Positions 13,145 through 26,600 of a stretch of 64,000 bases of DNA are shown here, one piece after another. The notes beneath the pieces were generated by a model. That model was not told where the DNA came from, made no database searches, and saw only the letters and a list, made by a program, of their open reading frames with translations. Positions within the stretch are counted from its first letter, which is position 1, and every line of letters starts with the position of its first letter. This DNA comes from Blasia pusilla (Eukaryota): NCBI GenBank assembly GCA_050084515.1, contig CM114271.1, forward strand, positions 44,764,001-44,828,000. Reading direction: 5' to 3'. The position numbers and the translations under genes were made by a program.

Positions 13145-13279
13145 TGTATGTTGTGCGGATCTACGAGGGGTGCAACCACCATGTTGGTATGTGATGGTTG
13201 TTCTCGAGGGTGGCATATATCATGTCTGACCCCCCCTCTTGATGTAGTTCCCAGGGAACGATGGATGTGTCCGAGATGT
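13145..13279 (+). other. PHD finger (C4HC3) at integrase C-terminus, copy A
   Basis: CMLC...MLVCDGCSRGWHISCLTPPLDVVPRERWMCPRC. Confidence 0.92.
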
Positions 13280-13352
13280 GTATAAGATAGTAGGTCACGT
13301 CAGAGAGATGTGATATTTTCTATCTGGAGTTGGAGGGATCCAACTGCCAGCT

Positions 13353-13362
13353 AGGGGGGCGG
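13353..13362 (+). promoter_or_regulatory. Polypurine tract of copy A
   Basis: AGGGGGGCGG directly before unit B1; equivalents at 43006-43016 and 63694-63703. Confidence 0.85.
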
Positions 13363-13499
13363 TTGTGTGATCTCCATGTATATGTATGAGTTGATTTTTG
13401 TACATGTGTGGATCGACCAATGTGTGGGGAAGATTGGTGTTGTGTGGTGTAGATGTGACCAGCGATGTATGTTGTGTAGCGATATGTATGCGCACGACA
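13363..13499 (+). repeat. Terminal repeat unit B1 (137 bp, U3-like)
   Basis: TTGTGTGATC...GCACGACA, repeated at 13985-14121. Confidence 0.92.
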
Positions 13500-13501
13500 A
13501 C

Positions 13502-13984
13502 TGTCACATCTGAGTAGCCGATAGGCCGAGATCTATCGTGGATAGGGCGTAGGAGCCAGCGGAATATCTTGAGTGTAACTTTGTCCCACGGTGTCGGATG
13601 AGGTTGAGGAGAGGTCCACTGTGTCAGGAACGTAGTTTCTGACAACTTTCATGTTGAGGTCTGTCACAGCTGGGTGACTTGTTGACCAGTCATCGCCCCT
13701 GTAAGTAGCTTTGTCTTGCGCAGTTACTAAGGGGATAGCTATTTTTAGGGGAAGAGCCTTTTGGCTCTTCCCAACCCTATATAAGAGAGGGAGATGACTT
13801 TCCTAAGCCATCTTTCTCATGTTGGGCAAGTGGAGCACCTCTCTTGTATGTGTGTGAGATAGAACTAGGGTGCTAGCGTCCAGATTCCTTGATAGCACAT
13901 GGTGGACGAGGCTCAATATGCCGATGTAGATTGAGGAGTGGAGTTTTAGGCCAAGTGTGTCATTTTTACTACTCTTTATGTTTA
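13502..13984 (+). repeat. Terminal repeat unit A2
   Basis: Direct repeat of 6213-6693, separated from B1 by AC. Confidence 0.92.
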
Positions 13985-14121
13985 TTGTGTGATCTCCATA
14001 TATATGGATGAGTTGATTTTTATACATGTGTGGATCAACCCTTGTGTGGGGAAGATCGGTGTTGTGTGGTGTAGATGTGACCAGCGATGTATGTTGTGTA
14101 GCGATATGTATACGCACGACA
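13985..14121 (+). repeat. Terminal repeat unit B2 (137 bp)
   Basis: Direct repeat of B1; followed by TSD CCTT. Confidence 0.92.
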
Positions 14122-16859
14122 CCTTTGTGTGGATATGGCTGGTAATCACATGTGTTGGCCAAGTAAGGATGTTACAAAATACTACTAGAGTCGGTATCAT
14201 ACTTAGTCAATGCTCTATAACTCCACTAGTAAATTGTATTCGGAGTAAAATAACATATCCATATCCATAGTGCCATTCTAGAGATGACTACCTTTGAGTG
14301 AGAGGTTGTAACACTATGCTCACACTCACATAGAGTTGTGGCAAGCGAGAACATCCTGACATGCCCAACTCCCAATACGGAAAAATCTATGCCTGAAGAC
14401 AATGGAAATCCATTGTCTTCAACCAGAGGTACAAGTCTAGTATCATGTGCTCGACCATATCTTATTGAGATGAAATTAAGAGTGAGCAACCATATTTCTT
14501 GATAGCCCACAATAAAGTTGGTATGTTTTTTTGGTGGAACATGTTGATCTATAAGTCATTAAGATAGAGGTTGTTGCAATGTGCGATTCGAAGGAGATAC
14601 CACATGCATCAACCATAAGAACTACATAGCCACGTACACCTAGAGAGCATGTAGTGACACATTGAGTGCAAAGAGGCTATAGAGAACCAGTGTATCAAAG
14701 ACCCATACCAATTTTTTGCAAGGAAAAAAAATTAGAGTTCACATGTTGGTCATGGGCATAACTATATCATTAGCAAGACTGTATATGCCATGGTAGTGTA
14801 TGTGGATAAGGGGTGCATATGGAGTCCCAACCCATAGGCTAGAGGGACTTTAGAAAGGGGATTTTCATTGCGAACATCATCAATGTTGTGGTCATTATCG
14901 GGATAGGCGTTCTATCTTATATCCTAAATGATGCCTATAAAGAGTACTTGATTAAGCCAGAGCATCCAAAGGAGCCAAAGGTTGAGGCATAGGTGGCCCT
15001 AAAGGATGATGTGGTGGCATGTATGACCAAGGAGGAGGTAGATGCCCACCAACTAGATGAGTCGAGGGACACCTTGGGCATGAATCCGAGATGCCAGCTC
15101 AGATAACTAAAGGAGTGTATTGTAGTAATGGCACTCCAATTTCTTAACGCAAGATTTGTAGCATCTACTTCCTATGGTAGTGGCAAGGATCACGAGGATC
15201 CCAAATGGATGTGCGGGCTCGCCCATGTTAAGGAAACCAACATTGTGATAGAGGAGTAGCCAAAAAGTTGGACCCACAACAAGGTGATACTTGTAAGAAA
15301 ACTAGGTTTCCCCACTCATTTACCTTAGCCAAGGCTATGAGGATCCCAATGATGGTTTGTGATTACACCTCTCAAGGTTTAAGAAGAGTTGGCATAGATG
15401 CATGATAATATAGGGAGATTTGAGTAGATTGACATCCCATGGTGGAGCTTAGGAGGAGCCTATATGGGTGAAATGCAAGGGTGTCCACCGACTTGCTTCA
15501 ATCACCCTATCATCAATAACATATTCTAGCCCTTCATACAAGCTGATGAATTGGTCTATGTGTTCATTATGGGTTGCATCATACGATTAGTCATATGGTG
15601 CATATATTCTAGACACCAATAAAGCCTCCATGGCTTGATCTCTACTACATGCAAAGATGATAACTTATGATAGTTGTCCACCGATGGACCCTCCTAGTAT
15701 TGATATATCATTTCCGAGGAAATAAATGAGTTGTTTTATATGTGCCTTCTGGTGCATGCATATCAACACGCTCCATAATCTACAATGAATTTGTATAGCT
15801 CCAAGATATAAATTAAACTCGAGCATCTTTACAAGATCCACCTCCCACAATGATCTCTTATTTCCCACAAAGTGAAGTATGGTGCCACTAGTGGATCCCA
15901 ATGGCAAGCTTGGGAAATCAATCTCTTGTGTCCATACATTCATAACTCTCAATTCATATATATCCTTGCCTATCAATACAACTCCCAACTACCCAACACC
16001 TTGAGAAAATCCTCACATGTGTAGGAGGGGAGAAAAATTGGATAAATTGGGTATAGTAATAATGACAATGTTACTTTTGAAAAGTGGGAAATTTCATCCA
16101 TCATGTTAGAGCCAAGGTGACTTTCTTGGCACTAACACAACTTTGAGATTAATGATAATGTTATGCCGCTACGAGGAGCACATTATAACGATAGCAACAA
16201 TTATACGGCATGGCTAGAAGAGACACAACACGATAAAAAATAGCAACTATGGTATAGCAATAATAAATGCAATACATTGGGAAAATGAGGACATGCTATA
16301 ACTATGAGCAACATGGATATGACTACTTGTGTAACATCACACCCATGGGCATCCAATGCATCTATAACAATTCCCCCAATTCCCCGATGAGTGTCCTAAC
16401 GAGCCAAACTCATTTAAGGTTATGGGTGGAACAACATACTATGGTGTGCTTATTGAGTGAAGATCTTTCCATACCTATCGAGTTGATTCGCATCACAAAA
16501 TAGTAGCAAATCACATATCAATGAAGATCTAGAACAAGACATTGTAGAAACTCATCATCGATTTTTTATTTTTTATTTTTTTTTTTGGGGGGAGGGGTTG
16601 GTAATTACAATGTTGCACACTTAGGATTCCTACCTCCTTGAAAAATCATCCTCAAGCTACCAAAATCCGACATCCGCCCTTCTCAAGAACATTGAGCAAA
16701 TCCTTTCTACTCCCATGTGAATTACTCCTTATATTTATGTCTAAAAAATATATTCTCACATATTAATGGGCATCACAACATAAAATAATATTATAGTATA
16801 TATATGTTTGTAATGAAATGATAGGCATTATGGGAGGAAAACATTAAATAACCAAACGA

Positions 16860-17600
16860 AGCCTTATTACGATGTAAGATTACATCTTGGACAATATTGG
16901 AAATGATTTGAGTGAAGGATATGCATCAATCATAATTCGGTTCTTGTGGATTGTCGTGTATTAGAGCATTATTGTTCATTTGTTAGGTCTTAGTTAGAAT
17001 AAACTTGATCATAGTTAGTGTGGCTTATAAGCAAGGAGTCAATGGATCAATAGAGTGTGGAAACTCTTAGAATTAATTAAGTAAATTGTTTTGCTTGATA
17101 TGTGGAAATATACAAAAAAACTAGATATCATACGTAGAGTTAATGGTATTAGTCAAATAATAAATCCTTCTCATGTAAGATATCTTGGTGGTACACCAAA
17201 TGAAAATAAGGGTAAAATATTGAGATACCAATTTAAAATTAATAAAATCTAGGATATAAGAGAAGCTTTAGAGGAGTGAAAGTAAGGAATGAGCTAATGA
17301 CATAGAATATAATAGAGGAATTTATGAGTTAGGATACATAATAATATGGTTGTAGAATCGAATGCGTTCTCTTGGGGCATAAAATCAATGTCATTTAATA
17401 ATGGGTAGATTTATTCAAAAAATTATAGGTTTAGTTGATGTAGGCTTTGGTGGATGAGAAAACTCCAAATAGTTGGAGCCTAAATCACGGATTGTTGAAA
17501 GAAAAATGAATATAAAAGTTAAAATTTATTTTTGAGGGTTATATGGTTTTAATATGAGTTGAAGTTGAGGAGGTTAATGATTGCAACAAGTCCAAAAAAT
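16860..17600 (+). mobile_element. Possible highly decayed LINE RT C-terminal remnant
   Basis: Only weak residues such as RYLGG at ~17180 in AT-rich, stop-riddled sequence. Confidence 0.2.
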
Positions 17601-20600
17601 TTAAATACCTTGTAGTGTCATATGTTCATTAGAAAAAAAAAACAAATATTCACTGTCATTTTGTTAAAACCAGAAGGAAAATCTATATATATAGAAATGA
17701 CACCTAACCATAATTGTAGGTAAATTTAAGGCTTCTCATATTTTATCTTTGGATGATATCTTTCCAAATCAAGATAACTCCTGAAGCTTGGTAGAGTGAG
17801 ATTTAAAGCGAGGAGTCCAAAATCCCATGTGCAAGTTCATGTGAACTCTATGCAAAGATAACTATTCAAGATATAATGATATGACTTTGTTTATATTAGA
17901 AGACAAATATTCTTTGACCCTATCTTATACATAGAATGGGAGATAAGGCTCACTCAATTTGGTTGCGCACATTCTCACTTTTCTTGTTTATGCAATGTAC
18001 TTTGCTTTTATGTTTCTCTTGGAAAGATAGTAATTTATACATTCTTTATAAATCATTGAGCACTTTTGGGATAAATCTTAAAGCATGTAAGGTGAGTTAG
18101 AAAAGAATGATAGTAAGTTTATCACAATCTTATGTGCAAGCATTAGAAAAGGAAATAAAACAAAACATCGAGTTGATGTTGATGAGAAATAATAGAAGTC
18201 AAGTGTTTCTCATTAAGGTGACAAAGGAGATAAAGGTGCATAAATTGATATGAACACAACGTAGATTTGTTAACCAACTATCAATTCCTAATAAAACAAT
18301 GTTGATTCTAGTGATGACTATTGTATGTAGGCAAACCAATGATATAAGCATATTCATGCAAGCATTGTGTTAAAATGCAAATGATCAAGAGTGACAAACC
18401 TTATATGATATATTGAGAACTATGTATATTTTCTTTTTGTTTTGAGACTTTGATAATCACATAAAAATAAAATTTCCCATATACTATCACAAAAAACTCA
18501 TTTATAGAATTAAAAATAATATTAATTTGCATTAGAGATAATAATTTCTCAATGAAGAAAATATTTCCCTATCCTTTGTGGAATCTCCTTTTTGGTGGTA
18601 AATACAATATAAATTTTATGTTATCCATATTTGACTATAAGCCATCTAATACTTTATAATTATTGATATCTATCAAATCAAGATCTACAACTTTTTCCTT
18701 GGTAGATTTGTAGATATTGAGATTATACACTTTACCTCATTATTATATATATTATTCAATTCAATTATTTATAAGAATGGTTTTTCCTATATTTTATTAA
18801 TATGTAAAATATTCAATTCTATTATTTCTAAAATAAGTTCCTTGTATTACTTGGAATAGCCGTTTTGATTGCAAGTTTCTAGTTAGCTAGAATAATCATG
18901 GAAGCTAAGTCTTAGTCTATTATCTTATAAATAAATACACCATAAGAATAGTGAGAAAACTTATGAGCCAATTTATGAGTTTATTGACTTCAAATTGAGT
19001 TTTAAGGCATTTGTAAGTATTTCCTTGTCTCGAATGGACCGAATTCAATTTTTAAATATGTTTTTTGAAGTCCTTATATTTCCTTACCATTTTCCGATAT
19101 ATTTTCTATTGATACCGTAGAAAAATAAAAATGAAAATTATCCCCTGTTCATTGCCCTCCTTCTTCTCTCAATCTGGAAGAATATAATGCTTGAGTGAAA
19201 AGTGATTGTTACTACGAATGATTCTATTACTCCTTTGTATTAACTTATGTATTTACCAATTCTTACAAGTTAAATCGAATATTAATTCAACGATATATAA
19301 TATTAGGCCTCCAACAATAAAGCCTCCTTGTAAGAATATGAATAAATTTGATCCTTCACAATTGATACTACGTACAAATCTAGAGTTGTCTTAATTTTGC
19401 TAATTTTTCATTTGTTGTTCTCACAATTTTTTATCTTCCTAATATTTCTCATATGCCCTTTCTATATTTTCACTATTTCTCTTATTATGTAATACAAGTG
19501 GATGTCGTATGATGCATGAGGTTATTTACAATAGCTAAGGGTAATTACCTTGTGACTAAAAACTTAATTAAACTCTAAAACTCTTAATTGACCTCTCAAA
19601 TCCCAAGTTTGAATGATCCTATTGGTTGAGAGATCAAGTGATACTATTGGCTAAGAGGGCTTTTTGTCAAGAAGAGAGGTATTTGAAAATCAAAGTGACA
19701 TTCTCCAATCAGAAGTTTTATATATATATATATAATTCAAATACAATGTCGATCTTTTGATATATTCGCAATCCATGTTTCCAAACTAATACGAGATACA
19801 TAAGTCTTAGCACCTCTTACACTCACCCATCGTTTATTTTCAATTGTAGAAAGAAGCATTTGACCTCTATAGATAAAATAAATATATTTATACTAATAAT
19901 TCTTCCATCACAAATGATATATAGGAAATATTTATTCTTCTATATTTCACATTTTTGCAACATTTGGAATCATTGCAAGTTGACTATATGCAACCAAAAC
20001 ATTTGATATTCCTAGAATATCCTTTCCTTTTTCCCCCTATAAATATTGACTTCAAAATAAATATTTATCCAACCATATTTGATATATACTCAAGGAACAT
20101 CCTCAAAAGTACTTTCTTACTTTTTATTTTTGGATAATATTCCACATAATAATTTTTATAATTCATATGCGACCCTGTAAGCTGGAAATGTTGTTATTGT
20201 GCCTCTTAATATTTTTGATATCATAGAAAATCAGAAATATATGTTGCAAAAGTTTATAAATTATTTTTTAAGATTTGGAGACATTGCCACTTTTCATTGT
20301 AGATTTTTAATTACGTCCCTACATTGCAGATTCTAAGTGGTGCAACTCTTTATGCCAAGTTCTAGAAGGCCATCATTTGTTCATCACTTCTAGAAACGTA
20401 AACCATCACCTCCTTGCAAACATAAGAGTTTTTCTTTTCTCATATTTTGGCCATTCTATATGTTCAAATTCTCACCTATTTTGGTATACTCATTGATGAA
20501 CAAAACTTGAATAGAAATTAAAAAATACATTATACCAATTTACTTCATCCAAAAAAATCCATCATAATTTGAACTTTACTAACTTAATTCTTCCTTTTCC

Positions 20601-23600
20601 AAGAAAATTGAATGCACAAGTTAAGGACTAAATAAGTATGTATATAGTACTCCATTCATTATGTTTTCAAAAGTGAAAACCAATATCTTCTTCCTTTTTA
20701 CACACTATACTTATATGGTACTTGCAATATTTTACTCTATATCCCCAAATTAAATATAATTTGGGGCCATGCTAGGTCAATTTTCTTGGCCATATAAGAG
20801 ACTCCTATTTCTATTTCTCTATATATTGATGACGTTAATATCTATTTTCTTATTCATGATTCCATTTATTTTCCTCCTTATCCCACCCATCTTGAATACA
20901 TAGAATTATAATACATTTTTCTTGTTCAAATTTTAAATCATTTTGCTAATACCGTCCTTCTTTTGGTCAATTGTTTGCCATTCCATCCATTTCCTTCTTT
21001 GCGTGCACTATTTATAGTCTTCATCGTCTATCTTTCTATCCATTTCATGAAACTCAAATGTCTCTAAGTTTTTCTTATTCATTTAGACCATTCACCTTGT
21101 TGTCCATACCATCTCTTTAAGTCGTATGCCTTTCTGTGATTCCTTTTGCTTTGATATAACACGTGCTGCATGTGATTTGGACCTTGATTATTCATTTTAT
21201 CCTGATTTTCCATGTATCCTATTCTTATTGGGTTCCTAGCAAATATCATTGCAAAATTATAGATGAAAATCATCCCAACTGGCAAAGAAAGCAAAGAATA
21301 AATAAAGGAATCCCTCGCCCCATTCCATCTTTTCCTTTGTCTATCTTGCCATTCTTCTCTCCATCACATCAAACATGCGATTTGAGGTATTGTTCATTGA
21401 TCTCATTAATATGCTATATTCAATTTTTTTGGGGGTTCGGAAGAAATCTATCATATGATCCATGGAGTTTTTCCGCGATAACATGTACATTGCCATTATT
21501 TTCTAACCTAAAATATTAATTCCAAAATTTTAACTGGTTTTTAGATATTTATCAAACACAAAGAAATGCCTCATAAGATTTGAAAATGAAATAGAAACTT
21601 CTGATTTTAACCGACTAGGATTACTCATAATCTAACACAACATTGACGTACACTAATTGGAAGATACATATTTTAAATTTGGAGTAATTTAAATGATGAA
21701 GGAGACCATGTATCTATGCTACTAAAATAAAATTCATCATTAAGTACATAAATGAATAAGTAAGGCTTTCGATTAAAATAAATAAATTTTAAAAGAGTTT
21801 ATTTTAGATTAATTAAAAGGTATTATATTCGTAGAATACGTTTGTACTCCACCACAAAGATTAGTTCTGGACTCAGAAAGAGGACAAAGAGCAGTCCCGA
21901 GTCCCGACAGTCTGGAAAAACGTTTAAGATAACGCATAAAATACTAAGTGAAGCTGATAATAAATAATAATATGCGATAATATAGATGACTGCGCGGGCG
22001 GCTGGAGCTTCGCCTTTGGCTGCGGGTTTTGGTCAGGTCTGCTGCCACGTATCGTAGCTCCATTGGCAGAGCCTTGCCTGACTGGTAAGTTCGGACAACG
22101 ACTACGTGTAGGATTTGTCGGCTTGCGGCCCTCGAAAGCGCATGTTCTTTGACTCCAGCATTTCCTTCGATCTCATTGGGGAGTTGCCTTCCTATGGTGG
22201 GGCCGGGTGGTCAATCCATCTTGTCCTGGACCGGTTGGTCAAAATCCAAGCGCCGGAAATAATCGCGAAACAAGCTATTCCGTGACTGGCGCGCGGGGAC
22301 ACTCCACTCTTTGAGGAAGTTACAGCGAGATTTGGGGGCTGCGACGTCGGCCTTTCATTTGCTCGTCCGTCCGCTTACCGTCCCAGTTCCTTCACCCGAC
22401 GAAGTGGCTGCTAGCGACGACGACGACGACGACTACATCCGCACCTCCTCTCCGTAACCGTCATGTCCAGCGACAGAATTCTAAACTGGGCTGGCTGACA
22501 TGATGGCTGCAGCGGACTGGTTCTTTGTAGTTGTGGCATCATATAGGCTTGCCTCCATTTATATGACTAGAGCATGCATGATACCACGCCAACCATTAGC
22601 AAATGCCTCATGATGACTGTCATCACCATGAGGCATGGTGTGGGAGTGGCCTTTCTTCCTATGATTTGCCAAGCCAACATATTAGTGATTTTTAGCGTGT
22701 GCAACCAAGATGAGAAAGTGAGGACCCCTCAGGAAACAGTAGTACTTCCTTATGAATCTTTGCGGTAAGAAATGTTATGTGGAGCAAAACACCAATCACT
22801 TTCGTAAATCTAGGCACTCCTTTGTTCATGATTATAGGAAACAAAAAAACCTTTGTTCATGATTGGACTATGTTTCATTTCCCCACTTCTATGTTCTCGT
22901 GCTCTCAAAGTGAACTTGATAGAAGCCTCTCGCTCCTTCATTGTAGGTATGCCAAGAACATGCCACGTGCTTATGCATCTTTGACTCTAGTTAGATTTGA
23001 GTTAATATAAAATAAGTTTATTTTTAATTCAATTCGATGTTTTATATATTTATATTATTATGGGAGAGCGCTAATTGACTATGTCGCTAGCTAGCTGAGA
23101 ATACATTTTTTTCAGTGGCTCAAAGAGTAGATGGATTTAACATATTAGAATAATCGAGAAATAGGGAACCTAATCGTTCACCCGTGCACCAACTAATATC
23201 TTAACATTTCCACATGAGCGTGTAATGGCCCATATGGGCCTCCTAATTCCACATATGCACAGGTATTTTAACATTCCATATTCACATGCGCGAGATTCTC
23301 TCTAAATGGCAGTCGATGCTTTTAAATGTTTTAAAATGAAATTGGAAGATAAAGTAAGAGATTTGACCTTCACACAATCTGCATAAAACTAAACTAACGT
23401 ATTAAACCCAAGAAAATGAATCTAAACCTGATGCACTTTTCAAAGAAATAAAACCACGACACACGGGCGAAAAGAGGATGTTCTTTCCTTAATTTTTTCG
23501 AAACGGTACACAAAGAGGAGGGCGTCAATGAGCAGTAGTCTCCAAAGATGCATGAGATTTCGTCTCCAAAAACAAAACAAAAAAGAGTTTCCTTTTCCCT

Positions 23601-26600
23601 ATTTTCCAACTTCCTTATTCCCTGAGTGCAGTGCTTTCAACCAGTTATATACTTGGTTACCTTATGGTAATAAGTATATAATAATAGTAAGTATATATCG
23701 GACATTGTAGCGGCGTAGCCTCTCTGATGGCGAGCTTAGATGCGATGGTACAGGTAGCAGGGGGTGGTGGATTGCAGATCACGGGCCCGGAAAGCGAATT
23801 CGTGATTCTTACGGACTCTGTTTACGGGCAGTGGCACGGTATCCACCGGCTATACAATGTTCTCGGTAGAAACTCTATCCGGTAGGGTTTGCTACGCCAA
23901 CTGAGTCTTTCACTGTGGTGGTCACTGTAACCAATGGCACTGTTGGTAAGCGCCAGGAGAAGGAGGGTTTTGGATGTTCTCCACTTTTCTTTTCTTTTCT
24001 CCGATTTCGTCGGAAAATTGTCACTCCCATTTGTTTTTCTTTACTTTAACTAATCACGCCTTTTTCTAAAGACCCTAAAACCGATATTTTATGACATCCC
24101 ATTTGATGTCTCATTTCTGGTCAAAGCATTCTTATGATTTTATTTCTTCACTTCATATTTCAAGACTTGTGGATGAAGTAGGAATGATAACATAAGAGTC
24201 ATGATGCCTTTGAAAAATCACAACGGATAGACAACACACGACAAAAGGACATAGCAAATGAAGTCATGAGAGGGCACACATTTGTTAGAACGAATGGGGA
24301 CGGACTCTTTCATTGTTTGCTTCCGTGATTGCTATTCCCCCCCACCCTCCATCCATATGCATTGAAGCAAACGAGGCAAGAGGGGCGAACGTATGTGCAT
24401 GAAAAGGGAAGACCACGTTAGGAAAGACACATTTGAGAATCAAAAGTTTACATAGATGCTAAGAGGATTATGGTCGAGAAAGTGAAAAGGTATTCAAAAG
24501 ACGCCAACAACGTCGTGTTCCTAGAAGACAAGGAAGGTGCTCCCTGCTCACTAGAAAAATTAAAAACTACCAGTCTCAAATATTTACGAAAATAGAGAAT
24601 TATATCTACGGTATAATGAATCAAAGGAAAAAGAGACTATGAAAGGAAGAAATAAAATATATGTAGAAAAAGGATGGGAAACCCATCACCATACAAAAGA
24701 GGGGATCAAAAAATAGACCTCAAGATACAAAAGAGGGGGTCAAAAAATAGACCTCAAGAGGCCAGAACCGGCCCCGTGGAACTACGAAACAGATAACAAG
24801 GGGAACTAAGTGGTCCACAAAATCATTAGTGCCAAGTTGTAGTTGATAAGGCAATACACACTTTTTTTTCAACCAAGTCTCCATTGAAGTTGTCCTCGTC
24901 TCACACCGATTTATGAGTTGAAAAGTACTTTTTAGGATGGGGGATCTTCCTTTTGAGTGAAGTCGGTTGGAACATTGAAAAGGTAGTGTATTAAACACAT
25001 CCATTTTCGGAGTCGTTCTTGAGTCAATCAATCATGGCCACTCCATCCAAAGTGAAAAAAGTATTCATATGCTTCAAAATGGTCAGCTCCGTTATAAAAA
25101 ATCGATTCTTGGGTTGTGAAATGATGAGGGTTGCTTGAATCTATCTAGGGAGGGAATTTTAAATATTACCAAAACTATTAATTTTTATTGATGCGAGGGA
25201 ATTTCATCACCTTCCATTAATTCCCTTAAATACGTTTCACCCAATCCTTTAGAGGAAAAAAATAATTAGCCGTCGGCGAAGATTCACACTTACATAATGT
25301 TTCAATATCATGTTTAGAGTGATATTTTTCTCAAGAACTTTGGGAATTTACATGTGTTGTTAAGTGTCGTCCTAACTAAAAAAGCAAGAAGAGAAAGCAT
25401 ACCAAGGTGCATCTCGTTGCTGGTTAGAATTCAGCACAAGATATTCTTACTGGACATATTTATCAAATCAAAGAATCGATATGAAATAAATTACCAAAAT
25501 CCTATGTCCGCAAAGAAATCGGGTTACGTGCTGACATGGCCGGTTTAAATCTAAATATTTATTTATTTATTTAGTCGTTGATAAGAAATGGACTAAAATT
25601 CCGGGGCCTGTTTGTATTTTGTATCAAAAGTCGACGGGAATTGAGTCAACCGAAGAAATTACTGTTCGACGGAATACATACCGGGAAAGAACCAGTCCCA
25701 AAAAAATAAAAGAAAATTCCTAGAGAGTGTTTTTATAGTCCGTTTATAAATATAAATATAAACCATGGAACAAACCTGTTTACGTACTCATGGATTTGAC
25801 TCACACATGAGAGTGGAAACCATCCAAGGAACCTATTGATCTACTCAAGAGGTCCATGTGTTTATTGAAAGATCAAACATGACACCCCTTGTGACACAAG
25901 TAATGACACCCCCATATGATTAGGGAATAAAACATAACTATTCTACGAAGAGCTGAAAAGGGCAAGTATGGTTTAATATGTGCGCTATATCAAATGAAGT
26001 GCTTCTTTTTCATGTTTCTCAAGAGGTACGAAAGGTTTCCCGAGCGACGTCACTAAAATATATAATGATTTTTTGTCAACCACCTTTTATATATTATTCA
26101 ATGGGATGGGCTTATTTTCTTCCTTTTGCTTTGTGTATGATCGATCTTCCCTTTTTCCAGTTTAACTCCGATTTTATTGCCGAGTTATGATGGATAGTTT
26201 TTTCACTCTCCGTGAACCTTTCTGGTTTTTTAAGATTTAAATCATATCTTACGATGACGTGCACTACAACCCAGCAAACTAAAATGGAAAAATAAATAAA
26301 TTCCCGAACTCCAGGTAGAATACTTTCCTATTTCCTCACGATCAAAATCTAGAGGAAATAAATGAGATGGCCCACCACAAAGTGGCGGGTCCTTGACCGA
26401 AGGCACAAAATAAACTGATATTCTAATGGAGTTTTCCCATAAAACATGAGCTTTATATCTGACATGACTCCAAAATTGGACGAGCCCAATTTTCGAGTAC
26501 ACCGACTCTTGGTTGCGCGTGTAGATTATGCAAGTCCTTTTTTCCATTTCAATCGGTGTGAGCATAGCCATTCATGTTTTCACATCGTGCACAACCTCTC

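Larger units (their letters stand above)
6213..14121 (+). mobile_element. DNMT/PHD-encoding Ty3/Gypsy-type retrotransposon, copy A (A1-internal-B1-A2-B2 termini, internal deletion)
   Basis: Starts TGTCAC, ends CACGACA, flanked by 4-bp TSD CCTT (6209-6212 / 14122-14125); gag, DNMT, RT (YIDD), RNase H, integrase and PHD in Gypsy order. Confidence 0.95.

Noticed and set aside
6213-14121. DIRS/Ngaro tyrosine-recombinase element, suggested by split repeats and a methyltransferase
   Set aside because: It has an HHCC+DDE integrase, protease (in B and C), PPT and TSD; no tyrosine recombinase seen; the MTase is C5-type (PCQ/ENV), not the adenine-type MT of DIRS
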